64,000 bases of DNA from an uncultured candidate division Zixibacteria bacterium (GCA_963713865.1 OY970208.1:832001-896000), one strand, 5' to 3'; positions 20,802-32,089 are shown, counted from the first letter of the stretch. Notes: generated by a model from the sequence alone, not told the origin. Program-made: numbers and translations.

Positions 20802-20935
20802 ATTTTTCGGTTAAAATATATCAAAAAGTATACCCCTGTCAAGAAAAAATAAAAACGCGCTAATTTAGAATGGTTTGTTACAAAGGCGTAAGTTTTAAAA
20901 ACAGGGATTTAATGCGTTATAGAGACCAAATTAAC

Positions 20936-20997
20936 GCAACTTTAGCGGTTATTCCCGCATTTCTGCGGGACTCACTCTACTGTTGAGTTACTGGGGA
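20936..20997 (-). pseudogene. degenerate tRNA-Asn copy (5' part) with the same inserted hairpin
   Basis: GCAACT(T)TAGCGGTTA...CTCACTCTAC..TTGAGTTAC matches the tRNA. Confidence 0.65.
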
Positions 20998-21051
20998 AAA
21001 AAGTAGGGGCGTCCGCCTATAGCGAGACGTCCCTACTAATGACATTTGCGG

Positions 21052-23446
21052 TTACTTCAGAAGGCTCATCTTTTTGGTTATAACCTTATCTCCAGCGCTG
21101 AGCTTATAGAAATAAATTCCACTTGCTACCACAGAACCAGCTTCATTCTTTCCGTCCCAGGTTACAGCATGAGAACCAGCCTCATACCAGCCTTGAGCTA
21201 TAGTTTTAATCTTCTGTCCCATGATATTGTAGATGGTTAGATTTACTTCAGACGGAGTAGAGAGTGAGAAAGATATAGTGGTGTTTAAATTGAACGGGTT
21301 GGGATAATTCTGAGAAAGGGTGAATCCTTCAGGAATCATTGAATTGGTCTTCACCAGCTTGCTGGAACCACCGGAGCCACTCATTCCACGGAACTCAATC
21401 TCATCGATATAAACATCATCATTATTGTCGCTGGCGTCGCACATGAACCGAATCTTAGCGTTGGCCGGGAAGTTGTACTGGTTGCTGGAGATGGTAACAA
21501 CCTTATTATAGAATGTTCCGTTATTGAAGTCGGTACCACTAGCATAACTTGCAACTGTTCGCCAGGTCGAGCCGTCAAAATACTGAACCCAGAAGTCCTC
21601 GCCTGATTCCATGCTTACAGCATAGAACCAGAACTCCACCTCCAGTTCAGTATAGCCTGACACATTATAACCAAGGGTGTGGTAGAATGATGATGCCACA
21701 CCGCTGTTATCCTGGATATCCGCCGCCGCGCGGCCTTGGTGGGCATAGGTACCGCCAGTATAAAGCGACATATCACCACCGCCGTCGGTGTAATTACCCA
21801 TACCGCCTTCGAAATCATCATAGGTGATAACTGTCCAGCCCCCTTCGGAGACGGTGATATAGTCGGTCTTGGTTTCGGTATCCGAGCCATAAGCATTGGC
21901 TGCCGTCAGAGACACAGTATATTTACCAGCCGAGTTGTAAGTGTGGCTTGGATTTTGTGCGGGTGAGGTACCACCATCACCAAAGCTCCAGCTCCAGCTG
22001 GTCGGGCTGTTGGTGGATAGATCGGTGAACTGGACTGTCAGAGGAGCAGTGCCTGAGGTGGGCGTACCGGAGAAGTTAGTCACCGGAGGAGCCTGGCCAT
22101 AGGTAAGCGCGGCATAGGCGTTAATCCGACCATACCCGTAGGTTTGATCCCATCCGGATGAACCAAGGTCCACCGCGGTTGCGTGAAGAATCGTGCGAAT
22201 ATTCTCGATGCCGGTTTGGCCATGGGCGATCATCATCGCTACCAGGGCACTCACGTGCGGGGCAGCCTGGGAAGTGCCAGTATAGAACCACCAGCTGAAA
22301 CTTGTCGGGTTCGCAAGAACCACGGGAGGCCCTGGATCATAAGGTTCAAAAGATTGCTGCAGGATACCATCCCCGTAACCATCTCCGTTTTGATCCACGT
22401 TTAGATCCCCACCCGGAGCTACCAGCTCCTGAGCAGAACCATACTGAGAATAGTATGAAAGTTGATCATCGTATCGAGTAGCTCCTACAGCAATTACCTG
22501 GGAATAAGCCGCAGGATATGACACCGTGCTCACACCCTCATTTCCCGAAGATGCTACCAGCACAACCCCATGATTGTACGCATAGATGATAGCATTTTGA
22601 ACGGTGGACCCAGGATTATAGCCAGCTGACCATCCCAAACTCATATTGATAACCTGGGCTCCGTTATCTGTTGCCTAGTAAAGCCCGTCAGCCAGAGTTT
22701 GCGCAGTTCCGGAACCTGTGTGGTCAAGCACCTTCACCGGCATCAAGGTGCAACTGAAAGCCATTCCTGCCACACCATAACTGTTATTGGTCGTTCTGGG
22801 CTACAGTCCCCGCCACATGAGTGCCGTGCCCGTTATTATCATTGGGGTGAGTGTCGTTATTAATAAAGTCATATCCTGAAGTAAAGGCAGTACCGGCAAG
22901 GTCAGGAGCTTTCACATAGCTGGTAACCCCGGATTGGACCGTGCCAAATTCATATGACGGTACCGCATAATTCTCGTAGGCTATACCCGCATCTAAAATC
23001 CCCACCACTACGCCTGTTCCTGTGGATATATCCCAGGCGGAAGGACAGTTTACCTTGGGAAAGTTCCACTGATAAGGACTGTAGTAGGGATCATTAGGGG
23101 TCATGAAGGCGTGGCAGATGGTGTTGAGTTCAGCATATTCAACCCGGGGGTCCTGTTTCAGAATAGTAATAACCTCCTGTTCCGTCTTCCCCGCAGGAAC
23201 TCTAAGTTTCTTAACCCCTCCCCGATGGTCTGAGAGAATCGCAGTGCCGAGAGTGCTTTCAAGATCAACCATCTTTTGCAGGGTAATACCTTCTTTAAAC
23301 TTTACCAGGACCTCTCCTGGAACGTACTCCACCTTCCCTTTAAAAGCCGACTTATCTGAAAAATATTTAATTTTGAAATTCTCAGCCAGAACCATCGATG
23401 GCAAAAAGAAAAGAACTAAAAGTCCTAAGATAAGTAATTTCTTCAT
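21052..23446 (-). CDS. secreted S8 subtilase with PKD domain and C-terminal FlgD-Ig/T9SS-like sorting domain; frameshift at about 22795 and in-frame TAG at 22675-22677
   Basis: GILDAG, HGTHVAG and GTSQAAPHV triad motifs; PKD WSFGDG; QNYPNPFN C-terminal domain; the gap translates as TTNNSYGVAG...MPVKVL...GLY*ATDNGA.VINMSLG. Confidence 0.85.
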
Positions 23447-23988
23447 ATTAAAACCCCTCAAAAAGTTAGGATTAAAAATTAAAAGTGACTTTTTTTCTCT
23501 ATTCGGGAATGACTATGACTTCTAACATCACCTCCTTATGACTACATCAGACTTAAATGTGAACGATAAGTTTAAAGGATATGATTTGGTATTTTCCTCC
23601 TTCTATCACCTCCTTTGAACAGGTTAAAGGGTTCGCTGCCCTCGGGCATAAACAAACAGTTGATGATAACATTAATTTTGAGCCAAGTTTGAGTATTATT
23701 TATAATGCTAAATCGTATTCTGTCAAGAAAAATTATTTATTTTTTTGAAAAATTTAGAAAGTCTTTCTTTTTCTTGGGCTTACACTTATAAGTTCATTAA
23801 AAAAATTAATTATTTACAGACCTCTAATTAATTTCGTAATTACACTGAGTGACAATTTTTGACAGTTTGATTTTGATATATTTTCAAAATTATATTGAAA
23901 ACTTTATTGAGAGGGACAAATATGAACTGCAAAAACATCTTGACTTTAAAATGGTAACTTGATAAACTATTAATAACGGAGGAAAGAG

Positions 23989-24837
23989 ATGAATACGCTT
24001 AAAACCGCATTTTTTCTTACCCTTTTGACCCTGCTTTTAATTTTTATCGGCAGGCTCCTGGGTGGAAATTCCGGGATGATAATTGCCCTGATCTTTGCGG
24101 CAGTCCTGAACTTAGGGAGCTACTGGTTTTCAGATAAGATCGTCCTGAGAATGTATCGGGCTCAAAAGATAGAAGAGGGTGATAATCCCAGACTATATAG
24201 AATTGTCAAGAATATCGCCCTGCAGTCAAATCTCCCTATGCCTAAATTATATATTATTCCCTCAGACTCACCCAATGCCTTTGCCACCGGAAGAAATCCC
24301 CAGCACGCTGCAGTGGCAGTTACTTCTGGGATTATGAGGATTTTGAACGAGGAAGAATTGGAAGGGGTATTAGCTCACGAGATGGCGCACATAAAGAACA
24401 GAGACATACTTATCGGCTCCATTGTGGCAACTGTGGCGGGAGCTATAAGCATGCTGGCTCAGATGGCTCAATTCGCTTTTATCTTTGGAGGAGGACGGAG
24501 CGATAGAGAAGACAGGGGTGGAGGTTTAGCCACTTTATTTTTGGCAATTTTAGCCCCAATTGCCGCTCTTTTAATCCAGATGGCAATTTCCCGCTCACGT
24601 GAGTATCAGGCAGATGAGACTGGAGCCAGGACCAGCCATAAACCGTTATATTTAGCCAATGCTTTGAAGAAGCTCTCTTATGCCTCCCGGAGAATTCCGA
24701 TGGAAGCTAATCCCTCAACTGCTCATCTTTTTATAGTAAACCCGCTTTCTGGCAGAGGGATGGCTAATCTTTTCAGCACCCACCCACCATTAGGTGAAAG
24801 GATTTCCAGGCTGGAGGAATTAGCTAAACGTTTATGA
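23989..24837 (+). CDS. htpX: zinc metalloprotease HtpX (M48)
   Basis: [27 protein letters not shown]. Confidence 0.95.
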   Translation: MNTLKTAFFLTLLTLLLIFIGRLLGGNSGMIIALIFAAVLNLGSYWFSDKIVLRMYRAQKIEEGDNPRLYRIVKNIALQSNLPMPKLYIIPSDSPNAFATGRNPQHAAVAVTSGIMRILNEEELEGVLAHEMAHIKNRDILIGSIVATVAGAISMLAQMAQFAFIFGGGRSDREDRGGGLATLFLAILAPIAALLIQMAISRSREYQADETGARTSHKPLYLANALKKLSYASRRIPMEANPSTAHLFIVNPLSGRGMANLFSTHPPLGERISRLEELAKRL

Positions 24838-24976
24838 TTAAAATATCTTTTTCAAGTCGATAAAAGCTTTACGACAACTACGGTAGGCGTCGCTCCCCGT
24901 AGGGCGGTGAAAGTGGGGATATCCGAACTTGTTCGGATATAAACAAGTTTGTAGCCATTTCAAAAGCGTATTTCAT

Positions 24977-26270
24977 ATGTTGAACAATCTTTTCGTTTGG
25001 ACATTAGCTCTCACAATTTCAATCGAGATATTCGGGCAAACAAAATCCTTTAAGGACTCTGCTGCAGTTTATTTCAATGAGATAAAAACCGCAACCAAGC
25101 AAAACAAAAATCTATGGGATTACGACCTTTACGGCCCTATTCTTTTTGTTCAATCTGACACCAGAACAGCTATATGCAAATTATCCCGATTCGGCAGGAC
25201 TTCTTAAAAAAGAAGGATCAATTTATACGGGTATTTTACCTCGGGAGGTAAACATTGCCAACACATCGCTTCATTGGAACGGCAAAGATTGGGCAATGGT
25301 AATGCTTCCGCTTCCCGACAACAAAAGCGACAGGTTAAATCTTCTTGCTCACGAACTTTTTCATCGAGCACAACCTGCCTTAGGTTTCAAACTTCATAAT
25401 ACTGAAAACAATCATCTTGACCAAAAAGACGGAAGAATTTATTTGAGATTGGAATTGGAAGCTCTCAAAAGTGCTGTTCTTGCCACTTCTCCGAAAGAGA
25501 TAAAAACTCATTTGACCAATGCTTTCATCTTTAGAGGCTATCGTTATACCCTTTATCCTGGTGCGGACACAATGGAAAATCTTCTGGAACTCAATGAGGG
25601 AATTGCAGAATATACGGGCATTACGATGAGCGGAAGGATTATTCCGGAGATGCAAAATCATTTCGTTAAAAGCATTAGAGAGTTTTTAAACAACCCGACT
25701 TTTGTAAGGTCGTTTGCTTATCAGACAACTCCTATTTATGGATACTTGCTCCGTAATACAAAAAAGGACTGGAATAAAAGCATTACCGCACAAACAAATC
25801 TCACCGACTATTTTCTAAGCGTTTTCAACATTCAACTGCCGGATGATTTTAAAAGTGCCATAACATCAATCGCAGATCAATACGACGAACAAACCATTAT
25901 CGATGAAGAAACTGCACGGGAAGAAAAAATCAAAAAGCTAATTACCGAATATAAAAACAAATTTATTGTGCAACCACATTTAGACATTCGTTTTGAAAAT
26001 ATGAACATGTCGTTTGACCCACGGAACATTATACCGATTGAAGATAAGGGTACGGTATATCCAAACATTCGTGTTGCGGACAACTGGGGAATACTAACCG
26101 TAGGAAACGGAGCTTTGTTAAGTCCTGATTGGAACAAAATAACCGTAAGCACTCCGATTCAAATCGACGATAAAAAAATAAGCGGTGACGGCTGGACGTT
26201 AGAACTTAAAAACGGTTATGCCGTTCAAAAAGACAGTACAAGCAACAACTATTTTTTAAGGAAGAAATGA
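24977..26270 (+). CDS. secreted hypothetical protein with gluzincin-like motif; +1 frameshift at about 25165
   Basis: signal-like N-terminus, AHELFH and downstream NEGIAEY; deleting one A in CCAGAAC (25161-25167) joins the two ORFs. Confidence 0.65.
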
Positions 26271-26469
26271 ACCGGCTCAGCTTGACAGTAACAGCAAAAC
26301 GGATGCTTATATCTATTTTTCGAAAATGGAAACTATAAATCTTTAATCAACTTCGATACTACGGGAAAGTGAAATGTTCAAAAACCGCCATTTAAAAAAG
26401 TCAAGGCTCGTTATCCCTCAAAAATTTTGATCTTTTTAAGATCTCTCATTTTAAGATTTTGACACTACT

Positions 26470-27777
26470 ATGGAAAACTACTGGATACAGATAATTTTGA
26501 TCATAGCCTTAATCCTGGCCAATGGTTTTTTTGCCAGCTCTGAGTTTTCATTAATCTCCTTGCGCAAGAGCCGGGTTAAGGAGCTGGTCGATTCAGGTAA
26601 TAAAAAAGCTCTGTGGGTGCAGAAACTCCAGTCGGAGCCGGAAAAATTCTTAGCCACGGTCCAGATCGGAGTTACTTTAGTTGGTACCTTAGCCTCAGTG
26701 GTCGGTGGTGCAAAAATCGTTCACCTTCTGACCCCTGTTTTAAAAAAAATACCTCTCGAGTTTATCCAGAGGTGGAGCGAATCCATTTCTATCGCCATTG
26801 TAGTTATAGGCATCGCTTATCTTTCCCTGGTGATTGGTGAGCTTGTGCCCAAATATGTAGCTTTAAGATACTCGGAGAAAGTTGCCCTGCGTGTGGCAGG
26901 ACCGATTCGTTTCCTTTCCCGGATATCCTTTGTCTTTGTCAAAACGCTCTCATTTTCTACTAAAGGCTTGATGAGACTTTTTATTGGAAAAAACCTGAAG
27001 GAGCCACCCTTTATCTCCGAGGAGGAGCTGAAATACATTGTAACAGAGGGGAAAGACAGGGGGATCTTTGAAAAGACAGAAGCGGAGATAATCCGCAGCG
27101 TTCTTGAATTTACCGATACTTTCGTGAAGAGGGCAATGATCCCGCGAACCGAAATGGTCGGATTAGAAATTGGCTCGGACCAGAGAATGGTATTAAGAAC
27201 AGTTACTGAAGAGGGTTATTCCCGCTTGCCAGTTTATAAGGATAGCCTGGACAATATCCTGGGAATAATTCATGCCAAAGACGTTATCACCATTTTACAG
27301 CACAGTGACCTGATAATCCTTGAGGATATTATAAGAAAGCCTTATTTTGTCCCGGACTCTATGAAGATAAGCGAGCTTTTAAGGGAGTTCCAGAAAAGAA
27401 GGTCTCAGATGGCTATAGTCTTAGACGAGTTTGGAGGGACGGCTGGACTTATTACCTTAGAGGATATAATCGAGGAGATAGTTGGAGAGATAGAGGACGA
27501 ATATGATGAGGAAAGAAAAGAGATGGAGATTTTACCTGATGACTCCGCTGTTGTCCGGGGCTCCATTCCCTTGCGGGAATTGAATGAAAAACTCAAGCTC
27601 AATTTACCAGAGGAAAAATTTGAGACCTTAAACGGGCTTTTGATTAACACCCTGGGAAGGATACCCATCCTGGATGAAAAATTAGAGCTTTTCGATCTGA
27701 ACTTTTATATCCTTGAGAAAATGGGTCATCACCTGCAGAAGATTAAAATAAACAAAAAAGAGAAGGAAGATGTTTGA
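26470..27777 (+). CDS. hemolysin-family / CNNM (DUF21-CBS-CorC) protein
   Basis: NGFFASSEF, GELVPK, YSRLPVY, VLDEFGGTAG, LEDIIEEIVGEI. Confidence 0.9.
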   Translation: MENYWIQIILIIALILANGFFASSEFSLISLRKSRVKELVDSGNKKALWVQKLQSEPEKFLATVQIGVTLVGTLASVVGGAKIVHLLTPVLKKIPLEFIQRWSESISIAIVVIGIAYLSLVIGELVPKYVALRYSEKVALRVAGPIRFLSRISFVFVKTLSFSTKGLMRLFIGKNLKEPPFISEEELKYIVTEGKDRGIFEKTEAEIIRSVLEFTDTFVKRAMIPRTEMVGLEIGSDQRMVLRTVTEEGYSRLPVYKDSLDNILGIIHAKDVITILQHSDLIILEDIIRKPYFVPDSMKISELLREFQKRRSQMAIVLDEFGGTAGLITLEDIIEEIVGEIEDEYDEERKEMEILPDDSAVVRGSIPLRELNEKLKLNLPEEKFETLNGLLINTLGRIPILDEKLELFDLNFYILEKMGHHLQKIKINKKEKEDV

Positions 27778-28399
27778 GAGCATAATTGAGCCAATAGGAA
27801 AATGGATAATCGAGACCATCTCCAGCCTGGGCTATTCCGGCATAATCTTGACTATGGGGATAGAATCTGCCTGCATCCCCCTGCCTTCTGAGATAATAAT
27901 GCCTTTTTCCGGGTATCTGGTTTTTGCAGGGAGATTTAATCTTTTCTGGGTCTCAGTGGCTGGTGCATCTGGCTGTGTGTTCGGTTCTTTAGCTGCATAC
28001 TGGGCAGGAATCATATTAGGAAGACCTTTCATAGAAAAATATGGAAAATATATTTTGATCTCCCACCGGGATTTAGATACTGCGGATAGATGGTTTAATA
28101 AATATGGTGACTGGGCCATCTTTTTCTCCCGTCTTCTTCCGGTAATAAGGACATTCATCTCTTTGCCGGCTGGAATTGCCAGAATGAACTTCCCCAAATT
28201 TATCTTATATACTTTTTTAGGCTCACTCCCCTGGTGTTTTGCCTTAGCTTTTGTGGGAAAAATCTTGGGAGAAAACTGGCAGAGCATTAGAACTTATTTC
28301 AGGGGCGCAGATATCGTAATAGTCGTGGTCATAGTCGTTGGCATCGCGTTTTTCATCTACCGGCACTTGAATTTCAAAAAAAAATCAGCTCAGGTTTAG
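27770..28399 (+). CDS. DedA family membrane protein
   Basis: ESACIPLPSE, RLLPVIRTFISLPAG. Confidence 0.9.
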   Translation: MFESIIEPIGKWIIETISSLGYSGIILTMGIESACIPLPSEIIMPFSGYLVFAGRFNLFWVSVAGASGCVFGSLAAYWAGIILGRPFIEKYGKYILISHRDLDTADRWFNKYGDWAIFFSRLLPVIRTFISLPAGIARMNFPKFILYTFLGSLPWCFALAFVGKILGENWQSIRTYFRGADIVIVVVIVVGIAFFIYRHLNFKKKSAQV

Positions 28400-28427
28400 G
28401 ATATGACCTTTTTAAATTCCTTCAAGA

Positions 28428-28462
28428 CCCCTCCCTTGATGGGAGGGGGAAGGGGGAGGGTG
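28428..28462. repeat. CCCCTCCC...GGGAGGGG-GGGAGGGTG palindromic element
   Basis: a relative in the opposite orientation lies at 50671-50705 (CCTCACCC..CCCTCTCC...GGAGAGGG). Confidence 0.55.
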
Positions 28463-28470
28463 AAAGAGAT

Positions 28471-29133
28471 ATGAACCTTTTAAACTATTTTCTAACTGTC
28501 TTTGTCTCTCTCTTTTTAGTAGTGGACGTGATAAGTAATGTCCCTATCTTTTTATCCTTAACCCAGGGGTATGAGAAAAAAGAAAGAAGGGAGATGGCAA
28601 AAAAGGCAATCCTGATTGCTTTATTGGTCCAGCTCCTGTTTGTCATCTTCGGGAATTATATCTTCCGCTACCTGGGAATAAAATCCTATTCCTTCTCCAT
28701 CGCTGGAGGAATTCTGCTTGCCATCGTAGGGGTAGAGATGCTCTTCGGGCACAAAACCAGAACTGAATACTCCGAAAATGGATCCATAGAACAGGAAGAA
28801 GATAAAGCCGAGGAAAAGGAGAATATCACTATTGTCCCCTTAGCCATTCCCCTGCACACCGGACCTGCTTCGATCCTGGCGGGTATGATATTTTTCAACC
28901 AGCCGGAAAAATTCGACCTTATAGGAAAAGAGCTTTACCTGTTCAAAGCAGTTTTCATCTTATCCACGATTTTAGTCTATGCCCTTTCACTTCTCATCCT
29001 TCTGAGGTCAGATTTGATCTTGAAATTCCTCAGACCCATCGGGATGAAAGTAATGACCCGGATAATGGGTCTTCTGATCCTTGCTCTTTCAGTGCAGTTC
29101 GTGATAAACGGGATAAAAGAAGCTCTGGGGTAA
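28471..29133 (+). CDS. MarC family membrane protein
   Basis: FSIAGGILL, VPLAIPL..GPA, RIMGLLI. Confidence 0.9.
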   Translation: MNLLNYFLTVFVSLFLVVDVISNVPIFLSLTQGYEKKERREMAKKAILIALLVQLLFVIFGNYIFRYLGIKSYSFSIAGGILLAIVGVEMLFGHKTRTEYSENGSIEQEEDKAEEKENITIVPLAIPLHTGPASILAGMIFFNQPEKFDLIGKELYLFKAVFILSTILVYALSLLILLRSDLILKFLRPIGMKVMTRIMGLLILALSVQFVINGIKEALG

Positions 29134-29302
29134 GTTTTCTTGTAGGGGCATCCGCCTGTGGCGGACTGTGTTTGCCCTTGTTAGTTTCGCAAGCTAAAGC
29201 TTGCGGCTACCATCTTTAAGATTTTTTGCAGGGGTATCCGCTTTGGGTGGACCGTTTTTGCCCTTTTTAATTCTCTTGGAAATCTCTCCCTGAAAAAAAT
29301 AA

Positions 29303-29376
29303 TAGCGGCGAAGGGATTCGAACCCCTGACCAAAGGATTATGATTCCCTTGCTCTGACCAACTGAGCTACGCCGCC
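29303..29376 (-). tRNA. tRNA-Met (CAT), elongator type, CCA not encoded
   Basis: GGCGGCG/CGCCGCT acceptor, TAGCTCAGTTGG D arm, ATCATAA loop, GGTTCGAATC. Confidence 0.9.
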
Positions 29377-29648
29377 ATTTCGATAGAATATTTACGATAA
29401 AAATCAAAGATTGTCAAGCGAAATGTATTTGGGATTGGACGATCCTCCCCCTTTAAAGGGCAAGGCCTTTAAGGAGAGAAAGATGGGTATCGATTCGAGT
29501 TCGATTAATCGAATCAATGCATTTATTCCTCTTATTGAGGATCGGGACATGATTTGTCAATCCTCTCCTTAATCCAGGAGATCAAAGGTTGACAACCAGA
29601 AGAAAATTTATTTTATTGATGTAAAATAAATCTAAAAGAGGAGAAAAA

Positions 29649-30050
29649 ATGGGCAGTCTAAATCCAAAAAGAAAAATAGTTCAAACTGAAAAAGCACCTA
29701 AAGCAATTGGGCCCTATAGCCAGGGGATAAAACTTGAAGAACTGGGTCTGGTCTTTACTTCCGGGCAGATTCCTTTAAACCCGAAAACCGGGCAGATGGT
29801 TTCAGGAAGTATTGAAATAGAAACTAAACAGGTCTTAGAAAATCTAAAAGCGGTTTTAGAGGGTGCGGGATCAGATTTAACAAAAGTTATCAAGACCACA
29901 GTTTATTTAAAAGATATTAAAGATTTTCCTTTGATGAATGAGGTCTATGCCCAGCATTTTAAAGAGAATCCGCCAGCCAGAACAACTATCGCCGTAGCAG
30001 ATTTACCCAAAGGAGCGAAGATAGAAATAGAGGCAGTGGCGGTGATATAA
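29649..30050 (+). CDS. ridA: RidA family enamine/imine deaminase
   Basis: AP.AIGPYSQ, SGQIP, MNEVY, PART, KIEIE. Confidence 0.95.
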   Translation: MGSLNPKRKIVQTEKAPKAIGPYSQGIKLEELGLVFTSGQIPLNPKTGQMVSGSIEIETKQVLENLKAVLEGAGSDLTKVIKTTVYLKDIKDFPLMNEVYAQHFKENPPARTTIAVADLPKGAKIEIEAVAVI

Positions 30051-30208
30051 AATATGGAGTGCATCATCCGTGATGATGCGTGGGGGCATTGACGTGGTCA
30101 ATGCACTCCAAATTCGTAGGGCAAGGTTTTTAACCTTGCGTTGTTAAACAAGCATAACTCCGCTGATAAGATAAGTGTAAAAGTATTAGGAAGGAGGAAT
30201 AACAAAGA

Positions 30209-31063
30209 ATGTATCCAAAATTTTTCTTTGAGAGATTCTGGGAAGGAGAGCAACGAAATGAACTTTTTGTTTGTATGCCTTTTCATGATGCATTTGATTC
30301 AAGATTTAATGACATTATAGTTCCTGCTGCCAAAGAAGCTGGATTCGATAATGCCGTGAGAATGAAAGAAGACACGGAAGGTAACGTTGTAATGGATAAG
30401 ATACTGGATGGTATAGCAAATTCAAAAATGATTCTTGTTGATTTATCAGACGATCCAAAATCTCTGTGCAATTATTCGCAACATGTGAACGGGAATGTCC
30501 TTTATGAAGCAGGGATTGCGCATGCAATGCGTGAGCCTTCAGCTATTGTGATGATCCGAGAACAAGATCTAGCTAAAGCCGATTTTGATATTAGGGGTAT
30601 GACCATAAATCAGCCTAAAGATGGCAAATTAACAAGAGAGTGGCTATCAAAGTTATTACAGACTTCTTTAGATAACCATAAATGGTTCGAAAGTAAACGT
30701 GTGAGAGCGGCTGCCCAGTCAATAGACGAGATAAGCTTAGGACTAATGCTGGACATCGGGAGGCGACCTTATGGCTGGAATCATTTCAATACAAATAACC
30801 CAAAGGTTTTTGATTCTTTACGAAAGGCGTCAGTTTTGAGACTTTTAGATCTAGGAATTCTGCGGTTTGCCACAGGCGGAGCTGAAAGTCCTACCGAATA
30901 TGCATATCATTGGACGTCTTTTGGTTATGAAGTCATGAAATGCTTAGCTATTAAACAGCTCACAATGGAAGAATTCCGAAAAACACCGCAGTATAAACTA
31001 GCAGCGGAAGCAAGGAAACAATATGAAGAACATAAAAAGAAATCTGCCGATTGGTTAGAATAA
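30209..31063 (+). CDS. protein with N-terminal nucleoside 2-deoxyribosyltransferase/TIR-like domain
   Basis: FVCMPF...KILDGIANS.MILVDLS...NGNVLYEAGIAHA pattern. Confidence 0.6.
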   Translation: MYPKFFFERFWEGEQRNELFVCMPFHDAFDSRFNDIIVPAAKEAGFDNAVRMKEDTEGNVVMDKILDGIANSKMILVDLSDDPKSLCNYSQHVNGNVLYEAGIAHAMREPSAIVMIREQDLAKADFDIRGMTINQPKDGKLTREWLSKLLQTSLDNHKWFESKRVRAAAQSIDEISLGLMLDIGRRPYGWNHFNTNNPKVFDSLRKASVLRLLDLGILRFATGGAESPTEYAYHWTSFGYEVMKCLAIKQLTMEEFRKTPQYKLAAEARKQYEEHKKKSADWLE

Positions 31064-31128
31064 CTCACTGCGTGGATTTCTAAGTCTGTCGTGGTGTGAA
31101 GCGTTACCTTCTGACACCCATAGTTATA

Positions 31129-31228
31129 TAGCGGAAGGCTTTTAGCCTTCCATTTTTTCAAAAGTCTGTAGTGACAGGGCTTGTCCCCGTTCGAACAATA
31201 AAAGGACAGCCACAAGGGCTGTCCCTAC
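31129..31228. repeat. REP-like doublet, directly repeated at 32126-32275
   Basis: TAGCGGAAGGCTT..AGCCTTCC and GTAG..ACAGGGCTTGTCCC.GT...GGACAGCCACAAGGGCTGTCCCTAC occur in both places. Confidence 0.8.
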
Positions 31229-31367
31229 ATAAAACTTTACATAGGTTCAATAAGACTTGACATTCAACATAGAACTCTTATAATGAAAGATAACAGCACT
31301 GTGTGGATTTAATATGAAACCTGTAAAGGGCGCAAACTTTCGGCTATATTAGAAAAGGAGGAAAAAA

Positions 31368-32083
31368 GTGAAAATCCTTTTAACACTCACCACTTTGCTC
31401 GTAGCTTTTACCACCGTAGCAGAAAGTAAATTGATTACTGGCTACGGTTTTAAAACTGGTCTTGTTATGGGAACTCAAAACCCCAAAGGATTTTTTGCAT
31501 ATGAATATGATATTCCGGAAGTTGGTTATGTTTTTAAAGATGGCATATACTCTTTTGAATGGGGTGCTGGTTTTAGTATTATGGGTTATCTTGAATGGTT
31601 TAACACACACCCTTTTAATCTTATAACAGAGATTGGTTATATTGGAAGGGGTATTAAAGAAAATATAACAATGACAACTACAATAAATTATTGGTTTGGT
31701 GATTCAACTATTACTACTACTAGGAATTTCCCCGGATTAGTTAAACGGGTAGACTATTTAATATTATCATCCTTGATGAAATTAACTCTTTCCACTAAGG
31801 GTGTTTCCCCCTATTTACTTATTGGACCAAGATTTGATATCTATCTTCATATTCCATTCACTACTGTTCCTGATTATGTAAAATATGCGCCTGTAGTTTT
31901 TAGTGGAATTTTTGGAGTGGGTATTGAATTTAGTCTATTTAAAAAATTTCCAATGATGTTTATCGAGGGACAATATAATAATGCTTTTACAAAATCGTTG
32001 AAAACTGTGGATTCATACTGGATAAACTCAGGACTTGATCAAAAAAAAAAGCATATCAGGTTTTTATTGGAGTGAAATTGTAG
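31368..32083 (+). CDS. outer-membrane beta-barrel (PorT/OMP_b-brl-like); C-terminus out of frame at an A10 tract (32041-32050)
   Basis: signal peptide, YGFKTG, EIGY..RG, DYL, PYLLIGP; adding one A gives AYQVFIGVKL*. Confidence 0.6.
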
Positions 32084-32089
32084 TTTGTC

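Noticed and set aside
29303-29376. tRNA(CAT) as initiator or Ile2
   Set aside because: No C1:A72 mismatch or GGG/CCC anticodon stem; acceptor resembles elongator Met, though Ile2 is not fully excluded
30150-31080. attC-like TAAC boxes around the NDT-like gene
   Set aside because: No matching GTT box or pairing arms found
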